DNA of 24,810 nucleotides from a virus (IMGVR_UViG_3300022178_000501:1-24810), one strand, 5' to 3'; positions 1-11,100 are shown, counted from the first letter of the stretch. Notes: a model not told the origin generated them from the sequence alone. Program-made: numbers and translations.

Positions 1-1593
1 ACCAATACCACTTGCATAGTTAGCAGCAGATGCACCACCAGATGTTTGATTTGAACCAGATGTTGTACTTCCACTTGAAATATTTGCATGTCCTATATAA
101 CTAGAACCTCCTCCGCCACCTGCTCCACTACCATTGTTGTTACCAAAGGCGTTACCATCACCGCCGCCACCGCCATAGTAGCCACCGCCACCACCGCCGC
201 CACCTTGCGAACCGCCAGGTTCATGTCCACCTTGACCACCACCACCATAAGCGGCAGGTGTATAACTATTTCCTCCTCCTGCATCTCCACCACCATTACC
301 ACCTTGTAATGCTGAACCTGATGTTGGTAAAATTCCAGATTGTGAACTATAACTTATATTTCCTTTATCACCACCTGCTGATTGTGTACCACCTCTACCG
401 TGGTTATTGTTTGATGAATCTTCTCTACCATCTGTACCAGTAAGACCTCCACCTTCACCACCCATGTTTCCATCGCCTGCACCACCGCCACCACCTGCGA
501 TTAATCTTGCGTTTGATTGACTAACAGACGTTAAAAATATACCAGAATATCCACCGCCAGAACCGCCAGAACCGCCATGAGCGCCCATTGGCCCGCCTTG
601 ACCAACAACAATTTTCATAACATCGCCTGCTGAAACTGTTAATATTCCAGTTGCATATCCACCTGCCGCACCATATTGACCAGAATTACTACTATCTGAA
701 CCACCACCTGCTCCCCATGCTTGAATTGTAGCTGCTGTTACGCCAGATGGAACTGTCCATGTTTGGTCTGAACCAGTATAAGTAAATGCTTGTATTGTTG
801 CATCTCTAATAACTATACTAAATTGTCTATCAGCAGTCTTACCTCCTGCTGTTGCTCTTAAAGTAAATGTTGAAGTTGTGTCAGAACTCACTCCTGTTGG
901 TGTGCCTGTGATTGCACCAGTAGAAGAATTTAAACTTGTACCTGCAGGTAAAGAACCACTTTGAACAGCATAAGTAACTGTATCCCCATCTGCATCTGTT
1001 GCTGAAACTGTGACTGAAACATCTGTTAAATCATTTCCACTATAAATTGTTCCTGAAGCCGTTGACCATGTAGGTGAATTATCTACATTAATTTGTGAAG
1101 CTAATGTTGCTGCTAAACCAGATGTATTAGTAACCTTTACACCATAAGGTTCTTGTGCATTTAAGAAACTAGCTTTAGGTGCAACTGCTGTAATTTGAGT
1201 AGCACTATCTACTGTTACAGTTGATGCGTTAAAATTTGTTCCACTTGCACCTACAAAAGTAACTGTAGCACCAGAATTAAAACTAGAACCAGTAATGACT
1301 ATTGTTTGATTACCACCACCTGCACTATCAACTTCGGTGTCATCAATACTTGAAATCGTTGGTGGGCTATCAATACTTTTAAAAGCAGTGCCAGTATAAT
1401 ATTCAGCTAATCCAATTGTAGAATTAAATCTAATTTGACCTTGAGTAGAACCACGTTGACCTGTTGTACCTAAAGCAATTTTAGTACCTTCAGTACCAGT
1501 ATCGGTAATGTTTTCAAATGAAATATCAAGATCAGAATTTGCTATTTTCCCATTTGATTGTATTAATGCTGCTATATCTCTTGCTTTAGTCAT
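1..1593 (-). CDS. Tail fibre / receptor-binding-like protein with IPT/TIG, Ig-like and glycine-rich domains (partial, runs off the left edge; absent from the ORF track)
   Basis: ATG at 1593, with GGAGGAGG upstream inside the end of the previous gene. My hand translation is open to base 1 (531 codons): MTKARDIAALIQSNGK...IALGTTGQRGSTQGQIRFNS...PPTISSID (IPT-like)...SATDADGDTVTYAVQSGSLPAGTSLNSSTGAITGTP (Ig-like)...FTYTGSDQTWTVPSGVT...AWGAGGG...GGGGGGGYYGGGG...GGGGSSY (glycine-rich). Confidence 0.88.
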   Translation of the reverse strand, partial: MTKARDIAALIQSNGKIANSDLDISFENITDTGTEGTKIALGTTGQRGSTQGQIRFNSTIGLAEYYTGTAFKSIDSPPTISSIDDTEVDSAGGGNQTIVITGSSFNSGATVTFVGASGTNFNASTVTVDSATQITAVAPKASFLNAQEPYGVKVTNTSGLAATLASQINVDNSPTWSTASGTIYSGNDLTDVSVTVSATDADGDTVTYAVQSGSLPAGTSLNSSTGAITGTPTGVSSDTTSTFTLRATAGGKTADRQFSIVIRDATIQAFTYTGSDQTWTVPSGVTAATIQAWGAGGGSDSSNSGQYGAAGGYATGILTVSAGDVMKIVVGQGGPMGAHGGSGGSGGGYSGIFLTSVSQSNARLIAGGGGGAGDGNMGGEGGGLTGTDGREDSSNNNHGRGGTQSAGGDKGNISYSSQSGILPTSGSALQGGNGGGDAGGGNSYTPAAYGGGGQGGHEPGGSQGGGGGGGGYYGGGGGDGNAFGNNNGSGAGGGGGSSYIGHANISSGSTTSGSNQTSGGASAANYASGIG

Positions 1594-1595
1594 AT

Positions 1596-1973
1596 TTAAT
1601 CTCCTCCTCCTTCAGATGGTGGAGTATAAGCTACCCATCCTGTTGTGTTGTCTGCTTGATAAGCGCTTTCATTCCAAGTATGAAGACCATCTGGTTTTGT
1701 TAAAGGTGCTTCCCATAAATAAGTTGTATTGTTTAATGTCCAACTGTTAAAAGGTTTTGGTTCATAAAATCCTGTACCGTCATAATGAAAACCTACACCT
1801 GCAAAATTTTTTCTTAATGGTGTGCCACCTAATTTATGTTGATTACCAAAAGTATTATATGATGTTTGTACCCATTCGCCTGCACTATCATCAACAAATG
1901 TGTCAAAAAAATCTTCTTCAGCTACAATAACTTTTATTACTTTTCCATCTAAAACTTTTGCATAATGTGCCAT
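1596..1973 (-). CDS. Conserved phage hypothetical protein associated with glycine-rich tail fibres
   Basis: 125-aa ORF with AGGA SD. MAHYAKV...VIVAEEDF...WVQTSYN...PLRKNFAGVGFHYD...PKPFNSWTLN...WEAP matches a family I recognise as commonly following glycine-rich fibre genes in marine phages. Confidence 0.8.
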   Translation of the reverse strand: MAHYAKVLDGKVIKVIVAEEDFFDTFVDDSAGEWVQTSYNTFGNQHKLGGTPLRKNFAGVGFHYDGTGFYEPKPFNSWTLNNTTYLWEAPLTKPDGLHTWNESAYQADNTTGWVAYTPPSEGGGD

Positions 1974-1982
1974 ATTTTTATC

Positions 1983-4900
1983 CTATAACTGATACCTTAT
2001 TACTACAATACCTGAGCCGCCGCTAGCTGCTATTGAACTTCCACTAAGACCGCCGCCTCCGCCTCCACCACCTGTGTTGGCTGAACCTGCTACACCTGTT
2101 GTAGTTGGTGAATTATAATTACCACCATTTCCTCCGCCACCAGAGCCGCCTGTTCCTTTATTGTATGAACCACCGCCGCCACCGCCTGCGTATGTTACTG
2201 ATGAACCTGTAATTGATGATGCAGTTCCTGCGCCACCGTTACCTGCAGTAACGTAAGAAGGGCCTGCGCCACCTACAGCACCTGCACCGCCACCACCACC
2301 AGATCTAGCTGAATCTGCTCCTGCTCCACCATTATTTCCTTGACCTGATGTTCCTGAACCTGCTCCTGAACCTGATGGGCCTGAACCACCCCCACCACCA
2401 GAGCCGCCGCTTCCACCTGATGTATTACTACCTCCGCCAGAGCCGCCGCCATTTGATGTAATTCCAAGGGCAGAACTATTAGAACCTGTAGAACCGTTAC
2501 TTGGGTTACTCGTACCACCCGAACCGCCCGCTCCAACAGTAATAGTATTAGAACCTGCACTTACTGAACTAACAGTACCTGTTCTCATACCTCCTGCGCC
2601 ACCGCCGCCGCCACCTTCAACGTGTGCGCCGCTTTGTCCGCTACCTCCGCCGCCACCGCCTGCAACAACTAGGTATTCAACACCTGTTAATGTTAAACCA
2701 GATGGTACGGTAAATGTACTAGATGAATTAAAGGTATGTATTCTGTAACTACCAGAATTTGAAATAGAACCGCCTGTTGGTAAAGCTAATACTGTAATGT
2801 TTTGTGTACCAGAATTAGCACCATCACTATTAGTAACTTTAATACCTACTGTATCACCTCCTGAAACAGCACTATCTAATGCACTTGGTGTTGTAACTGT
2901 AGCTGCAGTATCACTTGATGGTGTTACTGTTACTGTTCTATCAGTTGAACTGTGAGTAAAAGTAACTATTAAATTAGCACTTAAAAATCCTGTACCTGCT
3001 AAAGTTAAAGTTTTTGATACTCCTTCATAATAACTTCCAGTAACACTACTTAATGTAGGAATAGTTGAAGAAATTTTATACCATGCAGAACCATCAGAAT
3101 ACATTACTGCTGTTTTATCAGTATCATATCTTATTTGACCTGCGTCTGCTGATGGTTGTTCTGCTGTTGAGCCTACTGGTAATCCTAATGAAGTATTGTT
3201 TGCTCCTAAGTCTATCGTGTTTCCATTACCATCAAGATTGCCACCTAATTGTGGTGTAGTATCTGCAACTAAATCTGTTGAAACTGTGTCTGGTACGTAG
3301 TTTGTACCGTTCCATTTTAAAAATTGTCCTACAGATGCACCAGATGTATCTACATCATTAGCATCATTTATACTAAAATTAGATAATGTAAATGTACCGT
3401 ATGCTACAATATCAACTTCATCTGTTCCTGATACGCCAATTGCGCTAGCAAATACTATGCTTGTTCCTGAAGTTGTTGTAATATCCCCTTCAGTTAAACG
3501 CACGCCGTTTAGGTACACATCTACAAATCCCGCATCATATGCCAAAGTTTTTGAATTATCATCTGCGCCTGTTACAGTTGTTGTGCTAGATGATATGCTG
3601 TAGTGAAACCTATTACTTGTTCCGTTTACTGCGGACGCAGCCGTAATCCACCCGCCTGATGAGTAAACTTTCATTACATTAGATGTCGTATCAAAATAAA
3701 GATCACCTACATCTAGTGCGCTACCGTCTGGGTCTGCTGTTGGTGCTGAACTACTTGGCCCTAAATATGTATTAGCAAAACTGTTAATAGAAGTTAAATT
3801 TGTTGCTGCTGTGTTAACTGAAGCTATGTTGGTTGCTACGCTCGTTATATTACTATTTGCACCTGCTACTGTGTTAATATTAGTAGAATTTGAATTAACT
3901 GCATTAATGTTAGTAGAATTTGAATTTACATTTGATACTGCAGTGCTTATTCCCGCTACGCTCGTTACATCGCTAGAAATTCCTGCTACGGTGTTTATGT
4001 TGGTTGCATTTGAAACTGCTGAATTTATGTTACTTGCGTTTGAAACTGCTGCATTAATATTGCTTTCGTTTGCAACTGCTGAATTAATATTGTTTTGATT
4101 TGTAACTGTTGGTGTAAGTTGTAACCATGTAGTGCTAGCAAGATTGTAAACTTTCATTACATCGTTCGTAGTATCAAAATACAATGCACCATCTGTTAAT
4201 GCGTCACCGTCATTATCTACTGATGGGTTGCTTGACTTTGCACCAAGGTACGCATCATCAAATAAATCAAATGTTGCTGCTGCTGCACTAGCACTTCCTG
4301 CTGCTGCAGTTGCACTTGATGCGGCTGCTGTCTGACTACTTGCGGCTGCAGTTTGACTAGATGCTGCTGCTGTTTCGCTAGAAGCTGCTGCTGTTTCTGA
4401 TGCGGCTGCTGCAGTTGCGCTGCTTGCAGATGCTGTAGCGCTTGTAGCTGATGCTGTGGCACTTGTAGATGCTGCTGTAGCTGAAGTAGTTGCTGATGCT
4501 GCGTCTACTAATAAAGCCCATTTACCAGTATCTGTATTTGTAGTTAATGGTTCTGTACCCGATGAAGTATGCGATACAGTACAAATAAAAATATTATTTG
4601 TTGTGGTATCTTTTACAATATCACGTGCAGCATAACTTGTTGTAGCACCCCAGTTTCCTTTAAAAGTACCTAATTCTTGTGTTACAGCAATCTCACCGCT
4701 AGAATCAAATGCTAAAATTTTGTTTGCACGCGTTGCTGCATCTACTGTAAATTCTGTAGATGTCATTGTATTTGTACGTGATAATTTTATTGATCGGCCT
4801 ACTTCTTCATCAATCTCTTGACCAATCATTACTGATCTATCAAATGCACCTTCTACTGTTTCTGCTGTAAATGGGTCATTTTCAACAAGATCAACTGTTT

Positions 4901-5168
4901 GTGTTTTAGTTGTTGTTCTTCGTATAACTACTGTTTCTGTATTTGTGGGTACATTACCTACTGTAAAAGTTACGTTACCGCCACTAGCTGCGCCTACACC
5001 ACTAACAGTATAATGTGTAGTAATTGTTTTAACTGTTTCAGTACCGTTAGAAGCCCTTATAATAACTTGAATATCAGCTTGATCTAAAATTTTAAACGAA
5101 TATGCAAATACCGTTTGGCTTCCATCACCACTATAACTGTTCTTAATTGTTGTAGTTGATATAGTCAT
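1983..5168 (-). CDS. Tail fibre protein (T7 gp17-like N-terminal anchor, repeat shaft, IPT and glycine-rich C-terminus)
   Basis: 1061 aa with AGGAG SD. The N-terminus YSGDGSQTVFAYSFKI...HYTVSG...VVIRRTT...AFDRSVMIGQE is typical of the T7 tail-fibre anchor. It has Ala/Ser heptads, NIN repeats, a DTTPQLGGNLD motif and a C-terminal YLVVAGGGGGG...GGSGIVVIRY domain, and directly follows the gp16-position gene. Confidence 0.92.
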   Translation of the reverse strand: MTISTTTIKNSYSGDGSQTVFAYSFKILDQADIQVIIRASNGTETVKTITTHYTVSGVGAASGGNVTFTVGNVPTNTETVVIRRTTTKTQTVDLVENDPFTAETVEGAFDRSVMIGQEIDEEVGRSIKLSRTNTMTSTEFTVDAATRANKILAFDSSGEIAVTQELGTFKGNWGATTSYAARDIVKDTTTNNIFICTVSHTSSGTEPLTTNTDTGKWALLVDAASATTSATAASTSATASATSATASASSATAAAASETAAASSETAAASSQTAAASSQTAAASSATAAAGSASAAAATFDLFDDAYLGAKSSNPSVDNDGDALTDGALYFDTTNDVMKVYNLASTTWLQLTPTVTNQNNINSAVANESNINAAVSNASNINSAVSNATNINTVAGISSDVTSVAGISTAVSNVNSNSTNINAVNSNSTNINTVAGANSNITSVATNIASVNTAATNLTSINSFANTYLGPSSSAPTADPDGSALDVGDLYFDTTSNVMKVYSSGGWITAASAVNGTSNRFHYSISSSTTTVTGADDNSKTLAYDAGFVDVYLNGVRLTEGDITTTSGTSIVFASAIGVSGTDEVDIVAYGTFTLSNFSINDANDVDTSGASVGQFLKWNGTNYVPDTVSTDLVADTTPQLGGNLDGNGNTIDLGANNTSLGLPVGSTAEQPSADAGQIRYDTDKTAVMYSDGSAWYKISSTIPTLSSVTGSYYEGVSKTLTLAGTGFLSANLIVTFTHSSTDRTVTVTPSSDTAATVTTPSALDSAVSGGDTVGIKVTNSDGANSGTQNITVLALPTGGSISNSGSYRIHTFNSSSTFTVPSGLTLTGVEYLVVAGGGGGGSGQSGAHVEGGGGGGAGGMRTGTVSSVSAGSNTITVGAGGSGGTSNPSNGSTGSNSSALGITSNGGGSGGGSNTSGGSGGSGGGGGSGPSGSGAGSGTSGQGNNGGAGADSARSGGGGGAGAVGGAGPSYVTAGNGGAGTASSITGSSVTYAGGGGGGSYNKGTGGSGGGGNGGNYNSPTTTGVAGSANTGGGGGGGGLSGSSIAASGGSGIVVIRYQL
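3780..4095 (-). repeat. Degenerate 30-nt (10-aa) coding repeats in the tail fibre
   Basis: NINSAVANES/NINAAVSNAS/NINSAVSNAT/NINTVAGISS...NINAVNSNST/NINTVAGANS/NITSVATNIA. Boundaries approximate. Confidence 0.8.
4275..4503 (-). repeat. Degenerate 21-nt (7-aa) Ala/Ser/Thr coding repeats in the tail fibre (coiled-coil-like shaft)
   Basis: SATAAST/SATASAT/SATASAS/SATAAAA/SETAAAS/SETAAAS/SQTAAAS/SQTAAAS/SATAAAG. Boundaries approximate. Confidence 0.85.
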
Positions 5169-5189
5169 TTTTTAACTCCTATCATACCA

Positions 5190-8100
5190 TTATTCTGCTT
5201 GAAACAACAGTGGAAAATCCGCAGGATTCTCTTGTGCAAAATTCTGTATGTTTTTAATTATTAGCGCTTTCTTTTTTATATCAGTTTCACCTATTAACAT
5301 TGATAATATATCTGTACCACCTGTTGATTTACTTAATGCGTCATACAACATAGTGTTGTTTTTAATATAATCGCTACGTTTTGCAATAACTTTAATTTCT
5401 TCTGCAGTTAATGGAGTATCATCTTGGCTAATGATCTTTTTCATTGCATCTTTAAATATTAGGCTTTCTCTACTGTTTTGTCTATCTAACAATTTGAAAT
5501 CTTTAAATATATCCATTTTAACAGGATGCTCACCTACTTTTATAAAAACATTAGCTAGTTGTCCTGCTAGTGGTATTTTTAATATTTCTTCTAATTCATC
5601 TACAATTTCTGTTGGGTCATCTGATCTAAGCCTATAAATACTAGACCCTCCATAGGTGTTCCACATATACTTCAATGCTTCTGTTTGTGTCTTAATATTC
5701 TGTGCTTTCCATACATCATCATCTAATGCGTACTCACCTCTAAAATTATCTATAGGATTACCACCACTAGCAAATTTTATTGTATCTGCAATTAATGGAA
5801 TAATAGGGTTTAGACTTGGCATTACATCACTTTCTAATGCTTGCATAAAGTTTTGCAGTCCAATCTCACCATCACCTAATACCATGTCTGCAGTTAAACC
5901 AATAAATCCATTCATAACTCTTGCAGATTCGTCTTGTGGTATACGGAAATATATAGGTTTACCTGATTTAGTATAACCTAATGGAATAATAATATAATTT
6001 TGTTCATCGTATTTATTTACACCTGCATAGAACGTAGCTAATGCTGTACCAAATAAACCGTATTTCATAGCTTTTTGTATTAATTTAGGTGCTACATTGT
6101 AGGCCATAAACTTAGTAGTTACTGATAATGGGTCTTCTCTTAACCTAACATAATCACCTCTAACACCTTCTTTCATAGCATTAGAAAAAATAAGGATATT
6201 ATTAGTTACTTGATGATATTTAGCTGTACGTAAAAAACTTGGTGACCCTACATCACCTTGTATTTTAAGCATCATTTCTTGCGTAGACATACTAATTTCA
6301 CCACGCTTAATCATATCTTTTAAATACATTGTGCCTGCAACTTTGTATGATCTTTCTTGAAATTTAGCAAAATCACTAATTGCTTGAAAAAACCTACCCA
6401 TTGTTTTGTCATACATTGATGAGTATTCTTTAGGTGACATACGTTGTAACATTTTTTCTACAACAAATTGATCAGGCGTTAACGTGCCTTTTTCAAACAT
6501 TTTAGCTAATGCAGCTTCACCTGCTTTACCCCTATAACCTTCCATTTGTGATATAAGGAAACCTTCACTTTCCATCCAATTAGTTAACTCTGTACCTTTT
6601 CTATTACCCATAATAGATTTCCATGTAGGCTTTAAAGATTTAAACCAATATTTAACAACAGAGTGTTTGCCGCCTCCTGCAAAATCAAAATATCTAGCGT
6701 TAGGTAAATTTCTTACAGACCTTCCCATATCTCTAAAATTATTTTTAGCCCAGAAATACGGATTGTATTCAGTAAATATTGTTCTAAAAAAGTTATTAGC
6801 AGATGCAGCATATGTCATCAATCTTACAAATTCATGTGGATTTCTTTTAAATGTTTGTGCTGCAAATTTATTAACATGGTAATATCGGTATTTACCATTA
6901 AGCATAAAAGCTATAGTTTCCATACCTGCAGGTGGTGGTTCTACTTTACCTTTGTCAATATATTTGGCTTTTTCTACAACTACATCTTTCCATGTTCCAT
7001 ATTTTGCAAAACCTTTATTAGCCATTTTTTTTGCATCAAAGGTTTCTATCCAATCTTTGTTTTTTTGCATCCAAAGAATAGAATCGTGAATCATACGATT
7101 ACGTTTTAATTCAGACATAATTAACATGTCTTTTTGCATTGTAGCTAATAATGGGTCTACTATATCAGCTAGTGTACCTTCAGTAGCTTTGCTAAATGAT
7201 GCAGATGAAATGTTGTTACCACCTGATCTGTCTAATCTTTCAAGTGCATATTTCAATACATTAAAATTAATGTATGCTTCGTTATTTAAAATTTTATCTA
7301 ATGTTGCTTTATCAAATGCTTTACTTTCAATAATTAACGGAAATACATATTTTCTACGTAACTCATAAAATTTAGTAGCTGCTTGATCAAGCATTGGATG
7401 CTCTTTAGCAAACCATTGATATGCTTCTAGTGGTGTACGCTCACCTACAAACTCGTTTGCAATAGCTTCACCTTCTTTGCCCATAGCTTTAATTTGCGCC
7501 CATAAACCCATAGGGTTTGCTTTACCCATACGTTGTTGTGATACCGCAAGGTTTCTTAACAAGAGCATTGTAGATAGCATGCTTGAATTGTAGCCTGCTG
7601 CTTCTATTGGTCTAACAACCTGTGCATCAATTGTTTCTGTATATCGTTGCATGCCTGCATGTCTGTACCTGTAATTTTCTTGTCTAGCATTCAGGTTCAT
7701 AGTTTCTTTGTCCATCCAACGGCTTTGGCCTTCTTTGTTCTTACCCCACATACCATTCTGACCGCCAAAACGTCTGTAAAACCATGACATTGTATCTATG
7801 ACATCTATTTTAATTGCATCAAACTGATTAGGTTTCCATGCTCTTTCCATGCCGTCATATATTTGTATTTTACTGTCTACAAATTTATTAGATATACGGT
7901 TTACCATAGATGAAAAACGTGCATCTGAACCTGCGTTAATCTCATTCTGTACTTTTTCGTACTGGGCTTTTACTTCAGGCCGTTTGTACATATGGTAGTT
8001 AAACATTTGCCATGATTTAGGCGCATTTAACATTGTCCATTGTGGGCGTAATAAATAAGCCATCATAAAATCAGCCATTAATTCACGTGGATTATCTCTG

Positions 8101-11100
8101 TATGCAGTGTATTTAGGGTCTGCTTGTCTGTTAAATGGTTTCCACAATGCAGATAACGCCTGCAATTCTGCAGTTATTTCTTGTCTACTAACTAGCCCTC
8201 TATTTCTAATTTCTGTTTCAAATTTACGTTTAAATATTTCAGCAGCTTCTTCAGACATTTTAGCTTCAGCTTCAGTCTTAGGTTTTTTGCCATTTATTCT
8301 ATCAACTAATGATTTAATGTGTGGGTCAATCATTCCACGCATTGCACTTTTAGTTATAAGTTTTTTAAGTTTGCCATCCATTTTGACAAATGCTTCATAA
8401 AACTCTTTGTTAATTTTATTTTTAATGTCAGGCACACGGAATATATCTAGTATTTTTTCAGGTGTGATCTGTAAATCTTCTGTAATTTCTTTGTCTACTT
8501 TAGGTTCTTTTTTAGCAGCTTCTACTTCAGCTTCTTTTTTAAGTTTAGCTATTTCTGCTTTACTTAATATTTGTGCGCCATCTGCTTTGCCATCAATCCA
8601 TTTGTTCATGTAGCCTTTAAGTGCAGCTAGTGAACCTAGAATATTACCTTTGCTCATAGTTTCTGCAGGTAGGTAATCAATTAAATGCCCTATTTCATGG
8701 GCTAATGTCATTGTAAAATCTTTAGGGTTTTCTTGTAATGCACGACTAACAACTACTTTTAATTCTTCTTTTGACATTTTTTGTGGAATGCCATCTTTAA
8801 CTTTTCCAAATTGAAAGTAACCACGCAAACCTGCTTTGTTCATACGCTCTACAATAGGCGTTCTGTTAATTAGCACTTCTACTAATTCAACAAGATCAAA
8901 GGTATCTAGGCCTTTAGATTTGTTATATAATTTTTTGTATTGAGCATTAATAGGCATTTCTGGTGGTGGCTCATTAGGTATACCCCAAGTGTCATCACCT
9001 TTACTGCTTTCTACACGTTCATCTGTACGGAATTTTGTTTCTGTGTCAGGAAATACACGGTCTTTTTTAGCAATGTGTGTATTGTAATAACTGTTAGCTT
9101 GATGATCTAACTGTCCATTAATCTTTTCACCTCTAACGGCTGCTATTATTTGACCTTTGTAAAACTGTAAATCTTTTTCTAGTACAACTAATACATCATC
9201 AATAACACCAAACTTTGTGTTACCTGTTTCTATTTTTCCATCTTTTGTAGTGTATTTATATGTTGCTAAACTTTCTACAACACTTCTAGGAAATGCAATG
9301 TTTTGACCTTTGTTTGTACGGTAAACAATACTATCTACTTTACGTGTAGATGGCCCATCACGTGTCACGTGAAACACCTCTTGCACCCTACTAATAGCAT
9401 CTTGCTTTCGTACTACTTTAAAGTTTTCTGCAATAACTGCGCTAGTGTTTTCCATCTTAACACTTGGCTTACTAAGATTTGTTTTAATAGATGCAGCAAC
9501 TTCAGGCATTGCTTTTAGATTTACAAATACATCTGGTGTACCAATTGTTTCTTTAGATTGTATAACTGTTTCTGTTTTAGATATAAGTCTAATGTCTTCA
9601 GCTATTTTTTCTGGTGCTTTACCTAAGTTATCGTTTTTAGCTAATTCAGCTTTTCTTGCAGCAACTTCTACAATGTCAGTATTAAACTCACCTTTAGTTT
9701 GTCTTTCACCAAAATTAGTTTCTACTTTTTCAGTTATTTCTATTTTGCCATCTTTAGTAACATTTATAACTTCATTAGTTGCTTCCATTGGCGCACGTAC
9801 ATCTATTTCTTTTACATGTACAATTTCACCGTTATCTAGTTTAACTTCTAAAATAACCTCACCATTAATTTCTTGCCTGTTTAATACAGTAGCCTCACGT
9901 GAACCAGACGGTTCTATAGCTACTTTAGTGTTTGGCTCAAATTTAGGTGGTTCTACAAGTTTGATGCCTGCTTCTTTTTCTAAACCTGCAATAAACGCAT
10001 CGTTTAACTCTGCCAATGCTCTTGGCTCTATAATATCAGGGTCTAATAGATCAGTTTTTACGTCTTCCCTTCTTTGGGACAATGTTTGCATATCACGTGG
10101 ATGTACGCCATATTTTTTGTACACATGATACAATTTGTTAATACCACCTGCTGCACCGTGTAATCCAAAAATTAATACAGCAGCATGCGCAAAATCTTTT
10201 CTAGTAGGTACTTGACCTTCTAATACAGATGATAAGGTAACTAATGTACCAACTTCACCTGCCATTTGTGTTTTACGTCCACCTCCTACTGCTTTAATAG
10301 CTTTACCTGTACCATATGTAGCTGCACCAACTGTTGTATATTTACCAAATGTTTTTAGCGATTGAACACGCATAATTTCATCTAACAATTCATCAAAATC
10401 ATTTACCTCACCATTTAACATTGCACGCATATACACATCACGTACTGTTTCAGGTAATCCAAAAGAAAATCCTAATGCAATAAAAGGTGTTGCGGGCGCT
10501 GCTGCACCTCCTGTAGCTGCTGTTAATGCCATTCCTGTGCCTGCACCTGTTACAAACCCTAGACCCATCATGGGCAGATCGGCTGTCAGTGTTATGGCAC
10601 TTTGTATTATTTCTTGTGGAAAGTTTTGTGCTTGGTGCATAAATATTTGTTCATATGCTGCTTGCGGGTCTACACCATCTTCTGTAACTGCTGTGTGATA
10701 TGCTTGTATTAGACCCATTGTGGACATTGAATATCCTGCGCCAAATACGTTTTTATCACCTGCACCGCCTGTATATTTAACAAACTTACGGCCTGCCCAA
10801 CTGTCTTTCATAAATTTAGTAATAGCCCAATCATCTTCATCAGGTGTTAGTATGTCACCACCCCATGTTGCTAATTGTGGTAATTCATACTCATATTTAA
10901 GAGTATTCCACGCACCCATGTATTCATCTACACGTGCATTAAAAGCGTCTGTATCCCTATTTACGCCTGTTAGAGCATCCATTTCTAATGTTAATTCATC
11001 TAATTCATTTAAAAACATGTCCATTGTTCTGTTTTCAAAATCAAGATTTTTAAATTCATTAGGGTCAGCATTAAATAATCCACCAGACTCTACAAAGTCT

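Noticed and set aside
88-443. Short ORFs 88..309(+), 93..302(-) and 258..443(+)
   Set aside because: Alternative-frame or antisense shadows of the glycine-rich codons of the real minus-strand gene 1..1593.
3780-4503. CRISPR-like array
   Set aside because: The repeats are degenerate, in-frame, spacer-less coding repeats conserved at the amino-acid level.
1983-5168. Diversity-generating retroelement target, suggested by the BPP-1-like head genes
   Set aside because: No reverse transcriptase in the window, no near-identical TR/VR pair differing at adenines, and no C-type-lectin-like C-terminus. The internal duplication differs at all base types.
9445-10128. 227-aa plus-strand ORF, and the other plus-strand ORFs in the track
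   Set aside because: Antisense to long, motif-bearing minus-strand genes. They have Ser/Leu/Ile/Phe-biased composition and mostly TTG/GTG starts, typical of codon-bias shadows.
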